Shown one piece after another: positions 59,322-64,000 of a DNA stretch of 64,000 bases; position 1 is the stretch's first letter; the number at the start of each line of letters is the position of its first letter. Location: positions 2,446,953 through 2,510,952 of the forward strand of contig OZ224042.1 of the NCBI GenBank assembly GCA_963662455.3. Reading direction: 5' to 3'. The notes beneath the pieces were generated by a model, which was not told the DNA's origin, did not search any database, and saw only the letters and a list, made by a program, of their open reading frames with translations. Both the position numbers and the translations under genes were made by a program. The DNA is from Acidimicrobiales bacterium (GTDB taxonomy: Bacteria; Actinomycetota; Acidimicrobiia; Acidimicrobiales; Aldehydirespiratoraceae).

Positions 59322-59515
59322 GGCCCGACCTTACCGACGCACACCCGTGCGCTCATAGACGAGCCCAGCCCCGAGTTCGAATGCTGCTCGAATGCTGCGA
59401 TTGTGTGACGAACCCGCGTCGATCGCGAAACACGGGAACCAACCAGAGAGCACGACCGTCTCACTCAACAGTCAGATCCGGCAACAGGCGGATCCAAACA
59501 GACAGGGGATTCAAA

Positions 59516-60973
59516 GTGACCAGACCCACGAAACGCTCAACACGTTGGGCCGTTGCCCTGCTCGGGTTCATCCTGCTGCTCAGCGCATGCGGAATCGTCA
59601 ACGGCGACGACGCCGGCGACGCCACCTCGTATGCCGACGCCGGAGTTGCCGAAGACTCCGGGGACGACTCCATGAGCGACGACGGCGACATGGCCGAAGA
59701 AGGCGACTACATGGAATCGGACGAGCCCGCCGACACCGTCGACTCCGACGGCGACATGATGGCCTTCGAATCCGACAGCGACGATGCCATGGACGACGAT
59801 TCCGCAGTCGGCGCAGGCGAGGGACTGGCTGTTCCCGAGGTCTCCCCCATCAGCATCGGCCGCCAGATCATCTACACCGCAGAGATCAATATCCGCGTGG
59901 AGGATGTGCCCGCAGCGACTGCCACGGCCAACGAAGCGATCGCGGAGGTCGGCGGATTCCTGTTCGGGCAGAACACCGTCTCCGGCGCAAGGCCACAGAC
60001 AGTACTCACGTACAAGGTCTACCCAGAGGACTTCGACAGGGCGATGCGCGCGCTGGAAGGCGTGGGTGAAGTCGAGCACCAGTCGATTCAAACCGACGAC
60101 GTGACCGAGAGGATCGTCGACCTGCAGAGCCGGATCACGACTGCAGAGTTGAGCGTTGAACGAGTCAGAGCCCTCATCAGCAACGCCGCAGAAATCAAGG
60201 GCATCGTCGAACTCGAACAGCAGCTGCTCGAGCGCGAGACACTCCTCGAACAGCTCAAGGGCCGGCTCAGAACACTCGAGAATCAGGTGAGTCTCGCCAC
60301 TATCACCGTCACCCTCAACGAGATTCGTGAAGACGTCCCCGACGCCGCCATCGACATGGTGGTGTGGCTCGGCGAAGACGAGGACGACGCCTGCCCCGGG
60401 TTCTCCGATCTGACTATCGAGGCCAACGACGATGCGGTTCTGTGCATCGAGGTTCGCAACACCGGCGACGATGTGCTCACCGACATCGACATCAATGTCC
60501 CGACTTTCAGGTTCCGGATCGACGACCTGACCGTGCGCAGCGGAGACCTCAACGCCCTCGACCCCGGCGAGTCCATTGTTGCTGTGGCCGAACTCGAGGC
60601 CACCGATGGTTTCGTCCGTCGGATCAACGTCAGTCGGGGCCGGGAGGTCGAGGTGGTCGCCACGGCAGTCCCCGCGGCCTCCCTGTCGCCTCAGAACCAA
60701 GAGGTTGAACTGCAGGTCTTCGGCAACGTGTACCTGGAGGCCAGCGTTGAAGACCCGCTTCCCGGGTTCTCCGACTCGTTCTCCTCAGGCTGGTCCAAGC
60801 TCACCACGCTGGGCTCGATCCTGCTGATCATCCTCGGCACGGTCCTGCCCTTCGTGCCCTTCGTCGCCCTGGCCGCATGGCTGATCGTGCGCCGCATCCG
60901 CAAGCGCTACCCGCGCCAATGGGACGACCCGGACTCAGACGACCTCGACACCTCCGACGATACAGACGACTAG
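59516..60973 (+). CDS. DUF4349-like lipoprotein with C-terminal TM anchor
   Basis: Start taken at GTG 59516 after AGGGGA. Lipobox LLLSACG and an acidic linker. IIYTAEINIRVEDV...YKVYPEDFDRAM and a coiled-coil region. The C-terminal TM segment is LGSILLIILGTVLPFVPFVALAAWLIV. Confidence 0.75.
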   Translation: MTRPTKRSTRWAVALLGFILLLSACGIVNGDDAGDATSYADAGVAEDSGDDSMSDDGDMAEEGDYMESDEPADTVDSDGDMMAFESDSDDAMDDDSAVGAGEGLAVPEVSPISIGRQIIYTAEINIRVEDVPAATATANEAIAEVGGFLFGQNTVSGARPQTVLTYKVYPEDFDRAMRALEGVGEVEHQSIQTDDVTERIVDLQSRITTAELSVERVRALISNAAEIKGIVELEQQLLERETLLEQLKGRLRTLENQVSLATITVTLNEIREDVPDAAIDMVVWLGEDEDDACPGFSDLTIEANDDAVLCIEVRNTGDDVLTDIDINVPTFRFRIDDLTVRSGDLNALDPGESIVAVAELEATDGFVRRINVSRGREVEVVATAVPAASLSPQNQEVELQVFGNVYLEASVEDPLPGFSDSFSSGWSKLTTLGSILLIILGTVLPFVPFVALAAWLIVRRIRKRYPRQWDDPDSDDLDTSDDTDD

Positions 60974-61060
60974 GTCGGCCCAATAGGCAACCCCCACCGT
61001 TGGGCCCTACTCTTCGGGTCGGACTGGGACACGCTCAGTCCGACCCGAGGAGAACACACG

Positions 61061-61510
61061 GTGAGCACTGAACAAACCGAGACCATTCAGGAACGCAACA
61101 AGGGGACCGTCTCCCGCTACTGGGACGCCCTCTACTCACACGACTGGGATGCGGTCGCCTCGTTCTTCACCGACACGGCCAACTATGTCGATACCGGTAC
61201 GGGTGAATCCATGGGCGGTGCCCACGGACCCGATCAGATCGTGGCCCGCCTGTACCTCGGTCTCGACCCTGTGCAGGAACACAACCATGTCGAGGGTCGC
61301 ATGATCGCCGAGGACCACTTCGTGGTGACCGAACACGCCGAGGAATGGGTCTTCCACACCGGTGAACGCATCGTCCACCCCTTCACCTCAGTGATGGAAC
61401 TCACCGATGAGGGCCTGATCCAGCGCTGGTGGGACTACTCCAACCTCTCCAACCTCATCGACAACGCCCCGAAATGGTGGCTCGAACACATAGCCTCCGG
61501 CTGGCGTTGA
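61061..61510 (+). CDS. limonene-1,2-epoxide hydrolase / SnoaL-like (NTF2 fold) protein
   Basis: 149 aa. NKGTVSRYWDALYSHDWDAVASFF...VTEHAEEW...MELTDEGLIQRWWDY. Confidence 0.8.
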   Translation: MSTEQTETIQERNKGTVSRYWDALYSHDWDAVASFFTDTANYVDTGTGESMGGAHGPDQIVARLYLGLDPVQEHNHVEGRMIAEDHFVVTEHAEEWVFHTGERIVHPFTSVMELTDEGLIQRWWDYSNLSNLIDNAPKWWLEHIASGWR

Positions 61511-61581
61511 CCCCAATCCTCGCGAAACCGGGCGTCTTCGGACCCACGGTTCAATCCCGATGACTTGTTGTTGATCGGGAC

Positions 61582-62895
61582 TCAGCGACTCGGGAGTTGG
61601 GGGATCGGCCGCACGGGCGAGCGGGTTGCGCGGCGGCGCATCCGCTTCAACGGGCGGCGGGCCGCGGCCAGGTTCTCTTCGAGGACGCCGTCGGGCAGGC
61701 CTCGGCGCTCGCCGGCGTATCGCAGCCAGCGGGGGAATGCCGACTTGACGGTTCTGAACCACTCCTCGTCAGGCGGGTGCTCGTGGGACTCGTCGCAGAC
61801 TGTGCAGAAGAACCCGTGCTCGGGAAGCCAGTCATCGAGGAACACGGCCACCCTCGGCGGGGTCCATCGCAGGATGTCACGGTCACGGCATACCATGGCG
61901 AATCCGAGCATCGCGTGCCCTAGGTCGCGCATCTCGTCTGGTTGCTCTCCCAGACGCAGGCCGTGCGAGACGAAGTCGGCGAAGTGGGCAGCCCCTTCGT
62001 CGACGCTGAGGGTCGACGCGTCCGGTGCACTCCCCCCTTCGGGCAGCAGCGCCAGCCGCTGCTCCAGCAGTGCCCACAGGTCTTCGTCGAGGTCGCCGAT
62101 CAAGCCGACCTCGTCGATTCCGAACCCACTGCGCGCTTGAAGGCCGGTGGTGACGATCGCCCGCGCGTCAGCGAGGCTCAACTCCTCGACGATCTGGTCC
62201 TTACTGCCGGATACAGCGCGCTGCGTGCTGGGCTCGCCGAAAGTGAACCGCGTCGCAATGCCCAAGCAGAACGGCTCGATGCGGACCGACACTCCGTGCT
62301 CGGTCCCGTCGGGGCGCCGGTAGTCGATGCACACCTCGCACTCCTCGCCCCACCGGTCGGTAGTGCTGGTCGCCCGCAGCGGCTCCGCCTTGCCGAGCAT
62401 CTCGGTCCAGGCCGGCACATCGGTATGCGACTCGCGGATGCGGCGCATTGCGTCACGGGCCAGAGGCCTGGCGTCCGGCGGACCGTAGACTGCGACCGCT
62501 GCTGCCAACACGGCGCCCGCCGGGCCGCGGTCACGCTCAGCGTGCGCCAGCACCGCCGACGGATCCAACCCGCCGGGCCAGCGCGTGCTCACGATCGCGG
62601 ACTGGGTGCAGGAACTCCAGTAGTCGGCCTCGTTCATGTCGACCGTGCCCGAGGCAGAGAACTTCTCAAGGACGTGCTCGGCGTCGCGGGTCAGAATGTC
62701 CAACTCGAACCCGCGGTCCTTGTCGTCGCGGTACTCGTCGTCGCGGTACTCGTCGTCATCGGGGAACTGGGCCTGGACCTCGTAGTGGTAGTCGCGATCT
62801 CGGAACTCGAAATCGGCGCCGAGCGTGTCGTCGTACAGTATCCGCTTCTTCTTGGGGGTTACTCGACTTCCGCCTCGCCGTTTCGGTCGTCCCAT
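61582..62895 (-). CDS. hypothetical protein
   Basis: 437 aa with normal acidic/hydrophobic composition. The antisense ORF 61942-62970 is Arg/Val/Leu/Gly-rich. The N-terminus is basic and is followed by a DEYRD x2 repeat. No family is recognised. Confidence 0.7.
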   Translation of the reverse strand: MGRPKRRGGSRVTPKKKRILYDDTLGADFEFRDRDYHYEVQAQFPDDDEYRDDEYRDDKDRGFELDILTRDAEHVLEKFSASGTVDMNEADYWSSCTQSAIVSTRWPGGLDPSAVLAHAERDRGPAGAVLAAAVAVYGPPDARPLARDAMRRIRESHTDVPAWTEMLGKAEPLRATSTTDRWGEECEVCIDYRRPDGTEHGVSVRIEPFCLGIATRFTFGEPSTQRAVSGSKDQIVEELSLADARAIVTTGLQARSGFGIDEVGLIGDLDEDLWALLEQRLALLPEGGSAPDASTLSVDEGAAHFADFVSHGLRLGEQPDEMRDLGHAMLGFAMVCRDRDILRWTPPRVAVFLDDWLPEHGFFCTVCDESHEHPPDEEWFRTVKSAFPRWLRYAGERRGLPDGVLEENLAAARRPLKRMRRRATRSPVRPIPQLPSR

Positions 62896-63014
62896 GGCCG
62901 AATCCTAACGCGGAAGCATTTGCGCGCGGCGCGTATGCTAGCTGTGGCGTCGACACGCCGAGCGAGTTGAGGGTGGAGGTCGAGTCGACGGTGAAGTGGC
63001 CGATAGAGGTCTAA

Positions 63015-63147
63015 GGACGTGCGCGGATCGGGTAGGGGGTTGCGCCGGCAGCAGTTGTCTCCCGCTCTTGTTCGCTGCGCTCACGGGCCGCTCGGGCCAC
63101 GGCCTCGTTCGGTCGCGGCCGTGTGCGGGGTCAATCCGCTCGGCCGC
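63015..63147 (+). repeat. dispersed intergenic repeat, copy C
   Basis: Aligns along its length with copy B and with the reverse complement of copy A. Confidence 0.85.
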
Positions 63148-63151
63148 TAAG

Positions 63152-63238
63152 CTTGGTGGGACTATTCCAACCTCTCCAACCACATCGACAACGCCACCCG
63201 ATGGTGGCTGGAACACATAGCCACCGGCTGGCGCTGAG
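63152..63238 (+). pseudogene. 3' fragment (last ~27 codons plus stop) of a second LEH/SnoaL-like gene
   Basis: It translates as DYSNLSNHIDNATRWWLEHIATGWR*. The end of the intact gene at 61432-61510 reads DYSNLSNLIDNAPKWWLEHIASGWR*. By eye the DNA identity is roughly 85-90%. The fragment starts 4 nt after repeat copy C. Confidence 0.65.
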
Positions 63239-63256
63239 AAACCGCCCGGCCTCGAG

Positions 63257-63649
63257 TCAGACGAGAAGATCGATCTCACATCGAACACCGGGGGCGGCCG
63301 CAAGGCGCCGGTCACGGGTCAGCAAAGTCGCCCCCGTCACCTCTGCCAAGGCCACGTAGCAGGCATCGTAGACAGTGAGGTTGTCCCGGAGTTCCCAACA
63401 TCGTTCCAATAGCGGCTCGTGCGAGACCCGCCTGATCGGCAGATGGGCGAGGTTCCGCAGCGAGTTGTGAGCAACCGGTTCGACAATCACCTCGCGGCGA
63501 AGCATCCCCCTCAGAGCGGACAGCACTTCGATGTCTAGAACCTGAGGGGCGAGCGATGCGTCCCGAGCGATCCGCTGCAGCGGCTCAAGGTTCCGTCTGC
63601 TCGTTCCGGCAACGGCCTCTACGACCACGCTTGCGTCGACGACAATCAA
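63257..63649 (-). CDS. vapC: VapC-type PIN-domain toxin
   Basis: 130 aa. MIVVDASVVVE..., EVLSAL, VYDACYVALAE, LLTRDRRL. Confidence 0.9.
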   Translation of the reverse strand: MIVVDASVVVEAVAGTSRRNLEPLQRIARDASLAPQVLDIEVLSALRGMLRREVIVEPVAHNSLRNLAHLPIRRVSHEPLLERCWELRDNLTVYDACYVALAEVTGATLLTRDRRLAAAPGVRCEIDLLV

Positions 63650-63894
63650 CGAGAGTCGCGATCGGCTCTGATGATCTCCACGATCAACTCAGGGTCGATG
63701 TCGAACTCGCCGAATGCGAGAGCCTCTGCCCGTTTGCGGGCGAGCAACTCCTCCGCGCTCGCAAGATCGGCTTGTTTGCAAACGGCGTCAAGCATGTACT
63801 GCTGCAATGACTGCCCCGCCGTCGCAGCGCGGATCCTGAGCCTGCGGTGGACATCGGGAGGAACTTGCTTGATCTGAATAGTCGCCACAAACAA
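63646..63894 (-). CDS. vapB: VapB/FitA-like RHH antitoxin
   Basis: 82 aa. IQIKQVPPDVHRRLRIRAATAGQSLQQYMLDAV. It overlaps vapC by 4 nt. Confidence 0.85.
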   Translation of the reverse strand: MFVATIQIKQVPPDVHRRLRIRAATAGQSLQQYMLDAVCKQADLASAEELLARKRAEALAFGEFDIDPELIVEIIRADRDSR

Positions 63895-64000
63895 ACAATA
63901 GCGCCGATTTGACGCTATCAGCGCTAATTCAACGCTGCCACACCTCTGCCGTCAACTCGGACGGTGTCCAGACCGGCCAACTCGGATCGTTGACGAGCAG

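Noticed and set aside
59537-60700. 387-aa minus-strand ORF (and 59392-60069 plus, Arg-rich)
   Set aside because: Antisense or out of frame to the DUF4349-like lipoprotein gene, which has a lipobox, coiled coil and TM anchor.
61942-62970. 342-aa plus-strand ORF competing with the 437-aa minus-strand ORF
   Set aside because: Its composition (Arg/Val/Leu/Gly-rich, few Lys/Glu/Asp-type features) is typical of antisense frames. The minus-strand product looks like a normal protein.
63929-64000. Possible 3' end of a minus-strand gene at the right edge (...LLVNDPSWPVWTPSELTAEVWQR*)
   Set aside because: Only 23 codons are visible, which is too short to support a call.

Overview
This is a 64-kb segment of a high-GC chromosome. 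I infer it is Actinomycetota-like from gene content: F420/PPOX/LLM enzyme families, the dnaX-recR / SRP RNA / tRNA-Ser neighbourhood, VapBC, and a leaderless-type promoter.

Backbone genes: pccB-type carboxyltransferase, methylmalonyl-CoA epimerase, recR, dnaX, SRP RNA, tRNA-Ser(GGA), asd, a molybdopterin oxidoreductase and an ATP-dependent DNA ligase. There are many redox and catabolic genes: epoxide hydrolase, an SDR-BVMO-hydroxylase cluster, flavin reductase, hydantoinase and nitroreductase. Three large secreted repeat proteins are present: one with six PPC-like domains, one with Calx-beta domains, and one with SLH domains plus an RCC1 propeller.

A ~22.8-kb accessory/defence island (17.06-39.85 kb) lies directly 3' of tRNA-Ser. 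It contains:
- a DUF4143-type ATPase and an orphan RHH protein
- an XRE-ImmA fusion with a PIN protein
- a classical-AAA+ ATPase translationally coupled to an unknown 462-aa protein
- a frameshifted type II endonuclease with an intact gamma-class N6A methyltransferase
- a type III-like Res/Mod pair
- a type IIG/PglX-like methyltransferase followed by a ComEC-type MBL hydrolase and an unknown gene

My top candidate for an undescribed system lies outside that island. It is a tightly coupled three-gene operon at 46.99-50.72 kb: a UvrD-like helicase, a DarT/DUF4433-like ADP-ribosyltransferase, and an ADP-ribosylglycohydrolase with a long C-terminal extension. This looks like a DarTG analogue in which an ARH-fold enzyme replaces the macrodomain antitoxin and a helicase is added.

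Other structure:
- a ~135-150 bp dispersed intergenic repeat with four copies, two of them abutting truncated genes
- phased short direct repeats in two promoter regions
- near-identical in-frame tandem repeats in two surface proteins
- at least three single-base frameshifts, which are either real decay or assembly indels

No CRISPR array, rRNA, transposase or integrase was found. All family assignments come from motif reading by eye; no database search was run.
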